Shown here one piece after another: positions 36,456 through 45,889 of a DNA stretch of 64,000 nt. Each line of letters opens with the position of its first letter. The first letter of the stretch is position 1. The stretch lies in contig CAVUOY010000007.1 of NCBI GenBank assembly GCA_963743215.1, forward strand, positions 121,019 to 185,018. Direction: 5' to 3'. Under the pieces are notes generated by a model. That model was given only the letters and a program-made list of their open reading frames with translations. It made no database searches and was not told where the DNA came from. This DNA is from an uncultured Chloroflexia bacterium. GTDB taxonomy: Bacteria > Chloroflexota > Anaerolineae > Anaerolineales > UBA4823. The position numbers and the translations under genes were made by a program.

Positions 36456-38282
36456 ATGAATGGTTATGGTGGAACAATTCTACGCGTAAATCTTACTGAG
36501 GGGAAAGTCTCCAAAGAACCCACACCGGCTCAGCTGGCCCGCGATTTTATCGGTGGTCGTGGTTTTGGCATTTATTTCTTGTTCAAGGAAGTTCCCAAGA
36601 ACGCTGATCCGCTCGGACCAGAAAACAAGCTGATCATTTCCACGGGTCCCCTGTCTGGCATGATGGTTCCTGGAGCCGGGAAATGCGACTGGACTACCAA
36701 GTCTCCCCTCACTGGGGGATATGCAGATGCCTCCATGGGCGGTCACTTTACCGCAGAGATGAAATATGCCGGTTTGGATACCATTATTCTCGAAGGGATT
36801 AGTCCGAAGCCAGTGTATTTGCTTATTAATGATGATAAGATCCAGCTCCTGGATGCCGCCTCAATCTGGGGAAAAGGTGCTATAGATCTGGAAGTTGAGC
36901 TTAAGCACAAATATGGCGAGGAGTATCAGATCGCAGCCATTGGGCCTGGAGGAGAAAATCAAGTCCTATATGCCAGCATTAACCATGACTTTGGACGCCA
37001 GGCTGGGCGAGGTGGCGTTGGAGCTGTCATGGGTAGTAAAAAAGTAAAAGCCATCGTTATTCACGGCACCAAGTCAGTTCCTGTGGCAGACGTGGAAGGC
37101 TACCGCAAGGCAGGTATGGCACTCTACAAAGCCTGCAAGGATGCCGAAGGATTGGCAGAATGGTCCAGGTATGGCACTACGGTGGTGACTAGCTGGTGCA
37201 ATGAAGTTGGTGCTCTCCCTACGCGCAACTTCAGTGCTGGCTCATTCGAAGGGATCGACAAGATTAGTGGCCAGACGATGCGTAAGGAAATCGTTATCAC
37301 CGACAAAGGCTGTTTCGGCTGCCCCTCCCCATGCGGCAAGTATTCAAATATGAAGCGCTATAACACCCAGGTGGAAGGTCCGGAATATGAGACCATCGGT
37401 TTGATGGGCTCCAACTTGGGCATTGCTGATATCCAGGCCGTGGCAGAGGCCAACCGCCTGGCAGACGACCTGGGGATTGACACGATCAGTGCTGGCAGCT
37501 GCATCGCCTGGGCAATGGAATGCTACGAGAAGGGTATTTTCACCAAAGCTGATACCGATGGTCTCGAGCTGAAATTTGGAAATATCGACGCCGTATTTGC
37601 CATGATTAAGAAGATTGCCTATCGTGAGGGCAAGATTGGTGATTTGCTGGCCTTGGGAGTAAAACAGGCAGCCCAAGAAGTTGGTAAAGGCAGCGAAAAA
37701 TTCGCCATCCAGGTTAAGGGCATGGAGCAATCTGCTTATGCCACACACAACGCCACTGCCATGTTGCTGGCATACATGACCTGCGATGTGGGTGCTCATC
37801 ACAACCGTTCCTGGGCTATTACCTATGACCTGCAGGTCGGTCGTGACAAGGTTGTCCCAGAAAAAGTTGCCCGGGTTATCTGGCTGCAAAACTTCCGCCC
37901 GATGTTTGATGTGATGGGTGGCTGCCGTCTCCAGTGGGTGGAGCTGGGTATCGACCGTGATTTATATTGCCCTGTGCTGGAAGCTATTACGGGTGTCAAG
38001 CGTTCCTGGGAAGACTTGGAAGCCGTCGGCAACCGTATTTGGAACCTCACCCGCATGTATTGGGTGCGCGAGAATGATGGGTTTGGTCGTGTGTGGGATC
38101 TGCCTGCCCAGCGTTTCTACACCGAGCCACCCAAAACAGGCGTAACGGCTGGTCAGATCACGAAGCTCGAAGATGTCCAACGCTTGTTGGATATGTATTA
38201 TGAGCAGCGTGGCTGGGATGATAATGGTCTACCCACCCCGGATACCTTGGAATCTCTCAACCTGACCACCTTGGTCGCCTAG
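36456..38282 (+). CDS. aor: tungsten-type aldehyde:ferredoxin oxidoreductase (AOR family)
   Basis: MNGYGGTILRVNLTEGKV N-terminus, GGRGFGIY, GPLSG..VPGAG, GRGGVGAVMGSK, DKGCFGCPSPC, full-length AOR family architecture. Confidence 0.9.
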   Translation: MNGYGGTILRVNLTEGKVSKEPTPAQLARDFIGGRGFGIYFLFKEVPKNADPLGPENKLIISTGPLSGMMVPGAGKCDWTTKSPLTGGYADASMGGHFTAEMKYAGLDTIILEGISPKPVYLLINDDKIQLLDAASIWGKGAIDLEVELKHKYGEEYQIAAIGPGGENQVLYASINHDFGRQAGRGGVGAVMGSKKVKAIVIHGTKSVPVADVEGYRKAGMALYKACKDAEGLAEWSRYGTTVVTSWCNEVGALPTRNFSAGSFEGIDKISGQTMRKEIVITDKGCFGCPSPCGKYSNMKRYNTQVEGPEYETIGLMGSNLGIADIQAVAEANRLADDLGIDTISAGSCIAWAMECYEKGIFTKADTDGLELKFGNIDAVFAMIKKIAYREGKIGDLLALGVKQAAQEVGKGSEKFAIQVKGMEQSAYATHNATAMLLAYMTCDVGAHHNRSWAITYDLQVGRDKVVPEKVARVIWLQNFRPMFDVMGGCRLQWVELGIDRDLYCPVLEAITGVKRSWEDLEAVGNRIWNLTRMYWVRENDGFGRVWDLPAQRFYTEPPKTGVTAGQITKLEDVQRLLDMYYEQRGWDDNGLPTPDTLESLNLTTLVA

Positions 38283-38297
38283 GCTGTTGATTTCGAA

Positions 38298-38337
38298 GAG
38301 GTTCGAGATTCATCCTGGATCTCGAACCTCATTTTTA
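38298..38337 (+). terminator. rho-independent terminator after AOR
   Basis: GAGGTTCGAGAT (38298-38309) / ATCTCGAACCTC (38319-38330) followed by ATTTTTAT. Confidence 0.6.
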
Positions 38338-38342
38338 TCCTT

Positions 38343-38567
38343 ATGAGCGCCACAATACGACCTCTCGGAATGCTGAAAGATTACCTCGGTGAGTTTAAAG
38401 AAGCCACGGTTGATTCCGGCGGCTCGGTTCTTGAGGCAATTCGTTTAATTGGCATTAATCCCGACCTGGTTGCAGGCGTGTTCGTCAACGGGGATCAGCA
38501 ATCCAAGGACTATATTTTACAGGATGGGGATATTGTCAGGCTGTTGGCAGTCATTGGCGGTGGCTAA
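38343..38567 (+). CDS. MoaD/ThiS-family ubiquitin-like sulfur-carrier protein
   Basis: 74 aa, beta-grasp-like sequence ending in ...LLAVIGGG (C-terminal Gly-Gly). Confidence 0.65.
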   Translation: MSATIRPLGMLKDYLGEFKEATVDSGGSVLEAIRLIGINPDLVAGVFVNGDQQSKDYILQDGDIVRLLAVIGGG

Positions 38568-38585
38568 AGCATACCCAATCCCCGA

Positions 38586-39941
38586 TCAACTTGCTTTCCC
38601 ACAAAACTCAGTCACTACATCCCATAAAGCAGGTAGACCCGATTCGATAAATGATATTGGCATGCGCTCATCATGCCCATGCATCATTTTCATCAGTGGA
38701 AGCTCAGCTGGCAGAACACCCGGTGTAAATCCATACATCTTAATCCCGGCATTTTGATACTGGCAGGCATCCGTCGCGCCCGGCATCAGCATTGGGATGA
38801 CCAGCCCTCCCGGATCCATTTGATGTGTCCTGCGTTCCATTAATTTGTATAATGGGGTTTCCGTTGAAAATTCTGCTCCACAGGTCGTATAAACTGGCTT
38901 CAGCTCAATCCCTGTCCCAACAATTTCATGGATTTCTCGGATCACATCCTGCGGAGTTTGCCCGGGTACCAGCCGGCAATCAATATCTAGCTCTGCTACC
39001 GAAGGGATGACATTTACCTTACTCCCGGCTTGCAGCATGGTGGGTGTAACGGTGTTTGTAACCAGCGCCCTGAGGAGATTATGGGTTTCCCCTTTTAACC
39101 GATCGAGAACAAAACTCATCAGCATGGGTGAATGCAACAACCTGGTAAGGGAGTTAAGCGGAAATCCCGCCTGCGCACCGGCTCCGTCCAGCATCTTCAG
39201 GAATGTGGGAGAGAGATGCACCGGCAAATGACCGGCTCTGCGCAACCTTTCGATCGCCTGCGCGAGATAAGCCACGGCATTGTCTGAATGCGGGATCGCT
39301 CCGTGACCCGGCATCCCTTTTGCTCGTGCGTGCAACCAGCATACCATTTTCTCCGCTACCTGGATTGGGTATACTCTCGCCTTGCCAAAATAAATCGTGG
39401 TCGCACCTCCCTCAGTGAACCCATACTCTGCATCAATCAGCTCACGATGCTGCTCAACCAGGAATTGCGAGCCGTGCGTGAAACCAGCCTCCTCATCTGC
39501 GATGGCTGCCAGGATGATATCCCTTTTGAGAGGTACTTTCTGCCGGTATACGTCCAGGAAGATTTGTAAGTACATCGCCAGGAAACCCTTCATATCCAGG
39601 GCACCCCGCCCCCACACGCTGCCATCAATCACTTCCCCACCAAATGGATCATGACTCCAATGTTCCCGCTCAACGGGTACCACATCCACATGCCCGCTCA
39701 TTAAAAACGGTCGCTCCGTACCGTCCCCTTTGATGCGCGCTACTAAATTGACCCGCTTGGGTGCTGATTCGAGAATCTTGAAATCTGCCCCTGGGAAGCC
39801 TGCTCCTTCAAGGATATCTTTCACGATCATGATTGCGGGCAGCTCATTTCCGGGCGGGTTGGTCGTCTCAGCCTGGATCAGCCTCACCAGGTGCTTCACC
39901 GTTTCTTCTGTTTCTATCCGCCAGTTCAAGGGATCAGGCAT
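38586..39941 (-). CDS. M20-family metallopeptidase (ArgE/DapE/ACY1/CPG2 type)
   Basis: MSGHVDVVPV...W..DPF, ADEEAG, dimerisation-domain insert, HGHDE metal ligands. Confidence 0.85.
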   Translation of the reverse strand: MPDPLNWRIETEETVKHLVRLIQAETTNPPGNELPAIMIVKDILEGAGFPGADFKILESAPKRVNLVARIKGDGTERPFLMSGHVDVVPVEREHWSHDPFGGEVIDGSVWGRGALDMKGFLAMYLQIFLDVYRQKVPLKRDIILAAIADEEAGFTHGSQFLVEQHRELIDAEYGFTEGGATTIYFGKARVYPIQVAEKMVCWLHARAKGMPGHGAIPHSDNAVAYLAQAIERLRRAGHLPVHLSPTFLKMLDGAGAQAGFPLNSLTRLLHSPMLMSFVLDRLKGETHNLLRALVTNTVTPTMLQAGSKVNVIPSVAELDIDCRLVPGQTPQDVIREIHEIVGTGIELKPVYTTCGAEFSTETPLYKLMERRTHQMDPGGLVIPMLMPGATDACQYQNAGIKMYGFTPGVLPAELPLMKMMHGHDERMPISFIESGLPALWDVVTEFCGKAS

Positions 39942-39990
39942 GGGATTACCTCCAGTTCATGCATACTTTTCTATAAAACCATCAACAAGC

Positions 39991-40921
39991 TCATAATGCA
40001 GCTGTCTTTGCCCCAATCAATTTCAATTGGCTCACCACAACAGCAATCAGGATCATGCCACATCCTATCAGCTGTACCAGCTGCATGCCTTCGCCCAGAA
40101 AAATAGATCCCGTCAAAGCTGCAAACACTGCCTCCATGCTGAGCAAGATGGTCGCATCGGTGGGCGGGGCATACTTTTGCCCCAACACCTGTAAGGTATA
40201 CCCCACAGCAGTCGAGAGCAGTCCGATATAAAGGATCGTCCACCAACCGGAGGCCAGTCCATTGATCGGCATCCCCGCTCCAAGGCTGACCAATAGATTA
40301 AGCACTCCCGCCACGATATATTGCCCTGCCGAAAAGGTCAGAACATCCATGTGTCTCACCGCCCGGCTGACTAGTATAACGTGGAGGGCCCATAACACCG
40401 ACCCCGCCATCTCGAGTGCATCGCCAGAAGTGAGGTGAAGGCTGCCGCCTGTGCTCAGCAACAGGCTACCGATGATGGCGATGCCTGCCCCCAGCCAGGA
40501 TAGCCAGTGGATTTTTTCCCTCCAAAATATAACCAGGATGATGGGTACCAGCACAACATACAGCGTGGTGATGAAACCGGCATTTCCCGCGGTCGTAGTT
40601 TCCAACCCCGCCTGTTGCAGCCCAGCCGCTCCAAACAATATGCCTCCTGCCAGGAGGATAAAAATCAGTGATTTGCGGTCTAAGCCTTGAGGCGATTTTG
40701 GATTTTGAAGGCTGGCTGCGAACCCTAGCTTGAGCGCGGTTGGTTTTCGTAAATAGATTCAGTTTAGTGAACGGCAACAGCACCAATCCACCCAGCAAAA
40801 ACCTTAAACCGTTAAATGTGAACAGATCGAAATATTGGGCAGCCACACGCTGAACCGCAAACGCGCTCCCCCAGATCAGTGCCACCAGGAGCAAAATCAG
40901 GTCTGCTCTAAAGCGGTTCAT
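39991..40921 (-). pseudogene. EamA/DMT-family transporter, frameshifted (about 40744-40747)
   Basis: ORF 40466-40921 gives a genuine N-terminus only to ...LPFTKLNLFTK; frame of ORF 39991-40638 is open back to 40757 and reads PTALKLGFAASLQNPKSPQGLDRKSLIFILLAGG...; span is 3n+1. Confidence 0.75.
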
Positions 40922-40958
40922 GGTCTGTATAGCTCACAAAGAATTTCCCTACTCGAAT

Positions 40959-42689
40959 TCATCCCCGGCTTTTCAGCCATTTCAATAACTTTGCGACGCT
41001 CCAGGTATTGATCACTTCATCTGCTTCCACCCATGCCCGGCGGGCTGTGGAAACCCCAAAATGCATCAGGTCCATATCGGTATCACTGTGGGCATCGGTA
41101 TCGATGCTCAGTTTAATCCCCATCTCGATCGCCCGTCTGGCATGCACGTCATCCAGGTCTAGGCGCGCCGGGTGGGCATTGATTTCCAATACGACGCCCG
41201 TCTCAACGGCTGCCTTCAAGACTGCATCCATATCCAGGTCCGCCCCTTCCCGCTCTGGCATCAACCTGCCGGTTGGGTGCCCGATGATATCCACGTGCGG
41301 GTTATGCATGGCTTTGATCAACCGCTCGGTTACTTTCTCACGCGGCTGCCGCAGGCTGGAATGCAGGGAAGCGATTACGATATCCAGCTTTGCCAATACT
41401 TCATCCGAATAATCCAGGCTTCCGTCAGATTTTATCTCCACCTCCGCTCCCTGGATGATGTGAATGCTGTCTCCAAGCTCCTTGCTGACCTTGTCGATCT
41501 CTTTGCGCTGCTCGCTAACATCCTCCGGGCTCATTCCCTGCACGATACCCAGGCTGTTGGTATGGTCCGTGATCGCTAGCAGCTTGTACCCGTGCTTTTG
41601 GGCTGCCTCCGCCATCTCACGGATCGAAAGCTTGCCATCACTCCACGTGGAATGAGAATGCAACTCCGCTTTGATATCCTTGAGCTCGATTAAGTTGGGG
41701 AGTTCACCCTTAATGGCTGCCTGAACTTCCCCACGGTCTTCTCGAAGTTCCGGTGGGATCCAGGGTAATCCCAGTGTCCTATACACCTGCTCCTCGGTAT
41801 CACAAAAGACCTCACTCCCATCTTTGCGCTGCAGTGAGTGCTCGGATAGCGAGAAACCTTTCTTCAGCGCATATTCACGCAAACGTACATTATGGTCTTT
41901 CGATCCGGTTGCGTACACCAGCGCTGTGCCCCAATGCTCGGGTGGGTGCACCCAAAGTTGGGCTTGCAATCCATGCGTGAATTCGACGCTTGACTTGGTC
42001 TCACCCTTTCCCAAAACCCTCGCCACGTCTTTGCGGCTCACGAATGCATCCATCACTGCCTGTGAATCATTCGCTGCAGCCAGGATATCTATGTCACCCA
42101 CGGTTGCCCTCATCCGGCGTAAACTGCCGCCCAGCTCCACCGCCTCCACCCCAGAGGCTTTTCTCAAGAAAGCCATCAGCTCCTGAGCGAATGGCCAGGC
42201 TCTCCCGAGGGGAATACGGGTTGAACGCCTGCTAAGGGCTTCAATCCCGGCAATGATCTTCGCTTCCGATTTGTCCCCCATTCCTGGGAGCGTGCGTATT
42301 TTTCCTGATCTCGCTGCGCGCTCTAATTCATTCAAGCTGGTGATACCCAGCTCCTTCCAGAATAATGCCACTTTCTTAGGACCCAGGTCTGGCACCTTTA
42401 ATTCCTCTGCCAGGCCGGGTGGCACCTCTGCTTCCAGCTTTTCCAGGAACCCCAGATGTCCCGTTGAGAGTAGCTCATCGATTTTTTCTGCGATCGCCTT
42501 ACCTACCCCATCCACCTCGGTCAATTTTCCTTGTTTCCATATCTCATTCACATCCTGGCCCAGATTGCTCAAGCTATCTGCGGCTTTGCGATATGCCAGG
42601 ATTTTGTAGATATTTTCTCCCTTGATCTCCAGTAAATCGGCGATCGTTCGGAAGATATTCGCCAGTTGTTGGTTTGTCATCGTCGCCAT
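40959..42689 (-). CDS. polX: family X DNA polymerase with C-terminal PHP domain (PolX)
   Basis: HhH N-terminus (LANIFRTIADLLEIKGEN), GSLRR...TVGDIDIL Pol-beta catalytic motif, PHP histidines (ELHSHSTWSDG, AITDH). Confidence 0.9.
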   Translation of the reverse strand: MATMTNQQLANIFRTIADLLEIKGENIYKILAYRKAADSLSNLGQDVNEIWKQGKLTEVDGVGKAIAEKIDELLSTGHLGFLEKLEAEVPPGLAEELKVPDLGPKKVALFWKELGITSLNELERAARSGKIRTLPGMGDKSEAKIIAGIEALSRRSTRIPLGRAWPFAQELMAFLRKASGVEAVELGGSLRRMRATVGDIDILAAANDSQAVMDAFVSRKDVARVLGKGETKSSVEFTHGLQAQLWVHPPEHWGTALVYATGSKDHNVRLREYALKKGFSLSEHSLQRKDGSEVFCDTEEQVYRTLGLPWIPPELREDRGEVQAAIKGELPNLIELKDIKAELHSHSTWSDGKLSIREMAEAAQKHGYKLLAITDHTNSLGIVQGMSPEDVSEQRKEIDKVSKELGDSIHIIQGAEVEIKSDGSLDYSDEVLAKLDIVIASLHSSLRQPREKVTERLIKAMHNPHVDIIGHPTGRLMPEREGADLDMDAVLKAAVETGVVLEINAHPARLDLDDVHARRAIEMGIKLSIDTDAHSDTDMDLMHFGVSTARRAWVEADEVINTWSVAKLLKWLKSRG

Positions 42690-42839
42690 GGAAAAAGTTT
42701 ACCACGAGATGGTGTGAATGTATTAATAAAATGGAACCCTGATGTAATTAATCGAGCCCCACTAGGATATATACATAATCCATCCCTTCTGTTAAAATCT
42801 TGGAGCATCAAAACAGCCTGGCTACGAAAAAATTCATCT

Positions 42840-43467
42840 ATGGATATAACTTATTTATATAAAGGTCTGATCATTGGCTTCTCAATTGCTGCACCTGTCG
42901 GCCCGATCGGAATACTATGCATCAAACGGACTTTATCCTCCGGCAGAGTATTCGGCTTGTTCTCTGGCTTGGGTGCTGCCACTGCAGATTCCCTGTATGG
43001 CTTTGTCGCAGCATTTGGGCTGACCTTTATCTCCAACTTCCTGCTCCAGGAGCAAGATCTGGCTGCGCCTGATTGGGGGAATATTTCTATGTTTCCTCGG
43101 TATTAAAACATTCCTGTCTCACCCACCCACTTCACTTTCTTCAACCAAACAAAGTGGCTTACTCAATGCATATGGGTCAACCTTCTTCCTCACCCTTACC
43201 AATCCGCTGACGATCCTCTCTTTTACCGCCATATTTGCCGGGTTTGGCCTGGCCAACGCAAGTCGTGGCTATTCCTCCGCTGGGATGACCGTTCTGGGTG
43301 TTTTCCTGGGTTCTTCCTGCTGGTGGGTCATCTTGAGTGGGGTCACCAGCTTGGTACGCAATCGGATTAACCTCTCCGGGCTCACCTGGATAAACCGCAT
43401 CTCTGGAGTGATCATCCTCGGGTTCGGAATTGTCGCCATTACCAGTGTTTTATTCCTATTACGTTAA
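42840..43467 (+). pseudogene. LysE/RhtB-family amino-acid exporter, frameshifted near 43056
   Basis: MDITYLYKGLIIGFSIAAPVGPIGILCI... runs to ...FLLQEQ then continues in +1 frame as IWLRLIGGIFLCFLGIKTFL...TNPLTILSF...; span is 3n+1. Confidence 0.75.
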
Positions 43468-43521
43468 AATATGTGATACCCCGGTGCTTACTCGATATAT
43501 CCTTATGCCAATGAGAAAATA

Positions 43522-43959
43522 ATGACCAAACCCCACCTCTCTCCTGACAAGGAAATCCGCAGTCTCTAGATGACGGTAGGTTTTAATGCCGTCATTATCA
43601 TCATCAAGTTGATTGCTTATTTTTCATCCCACGTCATGGCACTCCTGGCAGAGTCTTTTCACACCTTGAGTGACTTATTCATCTCGGGCTTTCTCTTGAT
43701 TGCTATATTGTGGTCACGCAAGAGTGCCGATAAGGAGCACATGTTCGGTCATGAGCGGGCTCAAAACGTCGCCGCGTTATCAAGGGTTGTGTGACCTTGG
43801 GCTGAGTATATCGGCCCCAATTCAATCCACGTGGATTTGCAAGTGAAGGTTGTTACCAGCATCAGCATCGATGATGCCAATACCATCGCCCGCACCGTCC
43901 GCCAGCGCGTCTAAAAGGAGTTGAACTGTCTCTACTGCTCAGTTCATCCCGAACCATAG
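43522..43959 (+). pseudogene. cation diffusion facilitator (CDF) transporter remnant: three in-frame stops and a large internal deletion
   Basis: One frame reads MTKPHLSPDKEIRSL*MTVGFNAVIIIIKLIAYFSSHVMALLAESFHTLSDL...FGHERAQNVAAL...*...IHVDLQVKVVTSISIDDANTIARTVRQRV*KELNCLYCSVHPEP; only about 145 of about 300 expected codons remain. Confidence 0.7.
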
Positions 43960-43975
43960 ATCAACAACAAGCAGG

Positions 43976-45436
43976 CTAACCCTGTAATAGATTTTCAGCG
44001 GTACCGATGATTTGCGGGCTTTTCAACGGTCCAAAAGAGACATTAACCATTCGTTCGTAGAATAACTTATTATCATCAAACCGACAGGTGATGGTGGTGA
44101 TGAATGGCGTCTCGTACTGGCACAAAGTCAACCTAAAGGTATCCGTGCTTATCCACACCCCGCTCGTTACCACATGTTGAGGTGCGAGCACTCCCAGTAC
44201 AGTGGTCCCTTCCCGCCAGGTCCCATAACCGCAAATCAGGCTGTGCTTTCCCCGGCGTAGGCCTCCCCCTAACAATTGGTAGGTGATTGTGCAAGTTTCT
44301 TCACCGAAATCGAAGTGCAAGCTTTTAAGGGATTCAAAATTTGTTTCAAAAATGTAAGTTTTACCCGAAAAATGTTCAACCCTCGGGGACGAAGTTGCTC
44401 CTTGGGGAGGGTTTATCGCCAGCTTCTTCAAAGAATGTGCCAGGTTTTTCGATGTTGTTTCATTGTTTGATAATTTCTCATTACCCATCGCTGGTAGCAG
44501 CTTTTCCCATACCAGGTTTAAAACCGCTTGCATATCATCCACGCCTGCCGTGATCGCCAGAACTGCATCTTGGTCTGGCATGACAATGCAAAATTGTCCG
44601 AAGGCCCCATCACCTCGGTAGATATTATATCGGCAGCGCCAAAACTGGTATCCATACCCCTGAGCCCAGTCGATTTTGAGGTCATTTTCATTCGATACTT
44701 GTTTCCGAGTAGCCGCATCCACCCATGCTTCTGGCAAGATTCGCCGGCCTTTCCATACGCCTTTTTGCAGGTAAAGCTGTCCAAAGCTGGCGATATCTTC
44801 AGTTTTGATATTCAATCCCCATCCGCCAAAATTGGTTCCGTTGGGATGGCTTTCCCATGTGGCCCCTTCAATTCCCAATGGGTTGAATAGTCGCGGGATC
44901 AGGTACTCGATCAGTGTCTGTTCGCTGAGTCTTTGCACGATGCCTGCCAGCATGAAGCTGGCAGCGGTATTGTAGACGAAGTGCGTGCCTGGGGCATGCT
45001 CCACCGGCAGTCCTAAAAATGCCTTGAATGGGTTCCGTTGTCTAAAGACGCGCTCCGTCGTATCCAGGTCATGCCCGGTGGACATCGAGAGCAGGTGATG
45101 CACTTTCATGGCTGCCAGGTTTTCGCTGACCCTTTTCGGCGCAACATCCGGGAAAAAGGAAAGCACCGTGTCGTCAACGCTCAGTCGTCCCTCGCCGATT
45201 GCCAATCCAACGGCTGTGGCGGTAAAGCTTTTACTAAGCGAGTAGAGCTCATGCGGTGTTTCCGGTCGCCACGGATACCACCAACCCTCAGCTAATACGT
45301 TTCCATGTCGCAGCAGCATAAAGCTGTGCAAATTGAAGATGGTTTTATCGGCCGCCTCAATAAATTCGGATATTGCCGCCGATGAGATGCCTTGCTTCTC
45401 AGGTGTGCTGCGTGGAAGATATACTGAAGCCCGCAT
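43976..45436 (-). CDS. serine hydrolase of the beta-lactamase/DD-peptidase (class C-like) family with extra C-terminal domain
   Basis: SLSKSFTA (SxxK), YNT (YxN), beta-lactamase-fold length plus about 130 aa C-terminal extension. Confidence 0.8.
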   Translation of the reverse strand: MRASVYLPRSTPEKQGISSAAISEFIEAADKTIFNLHSFMLLRHGNVLAEGWWYPWRPETPHELYSLSKSFTATAVGLAIGEGRLSVDDTVLSFFPDVAPKRVSENLAAMKVHHLLSMSTGHDLDTTERVFRQRNPFKAFLGLPVEHAPGTHFVYNTAASFMLAGIVQRLSEQTLIEYLIPRLFNPLGIEGATWESHPNGTNFGGWGLNIKTEDIASFGQLYLQKGVWKGRRILPEAWVDAATRKQVSNENDLKIDWAQGYGYQFWRCRYNIYRGDGAFGQFCIVMPDQDAVLAITAGVDDMQAVLNLVWEKLLPAMGNEKLSNNETTSKNLAHSLKKLAINPPQGATSSPRVEHFSGKTYIFETNFESLKSLHFDFGEETCTITYQLLGGGLRRGKHSLICGYGTWREGTTVLGVLAPQHVVTSGVWISTDTFRLTLCQYETPFITTITCRFDDNKLFYERMVNVSFGPLKSPQIIGTAENLLQG

Positions 45437-45889
45437 GAAGATATACCCTTCTTTTACGATCGTACCAAAACCGGATTTTCTTCGTATCGTGCTGACCGAC
45501 CTAGTTTACTATATTTACTTCGCTCCTGGGTATAATTTTTTCCGCACTTACCCTGATAAATTTTTCAGATGCCTCTGCATGAGTCATGCTGTGGCGGGAA
45601 TCAACTCCCTAGGAGCCAGGTGGCTTACTTGATCCTGCGCCTTATTCATCCTTTTGTGATAAATGATTAATCTGTAGACAAAAAGTGATTCGCAATGAGT
45701 GAAATCTCCGAAAGGCTTGCTAAAAACCAAATGAGAAATCATTCTTTAGCCTGAACAATACCCTAAATTTTCGTTTATAATTCCGGAACTTATTTTCTGT
45801 TTACTGCGAAAAATATCATCAAAGATAAACCTATTCGGATGAACACCGGGATTTAGTTTTATGTCCATTCCCGGTTGAGATGAAGGAAA

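Noticed and set aside
43567-43911. Whether the in-frame stops in the CDF remnant could indicate stop-codon recoding or selenocysteine
   Set aside because: All three stop types occur. The same codons terminate neighbouring intact genes normally. The central half of the gene is missing. Pseudogenisation explains everything.
45437-45889. 450-bp spacer upstream of the kinase-like gene, scanned for tRNA, riboswitch or sRNA structure
   Set aside because: Only a weak 7-bp stem (ACCGGGA/TCCCGGT near 45846-45876) was found. There is no cloverleaf or recognisable riboswitch core, so nothing can be supported without a covariance-model scan.
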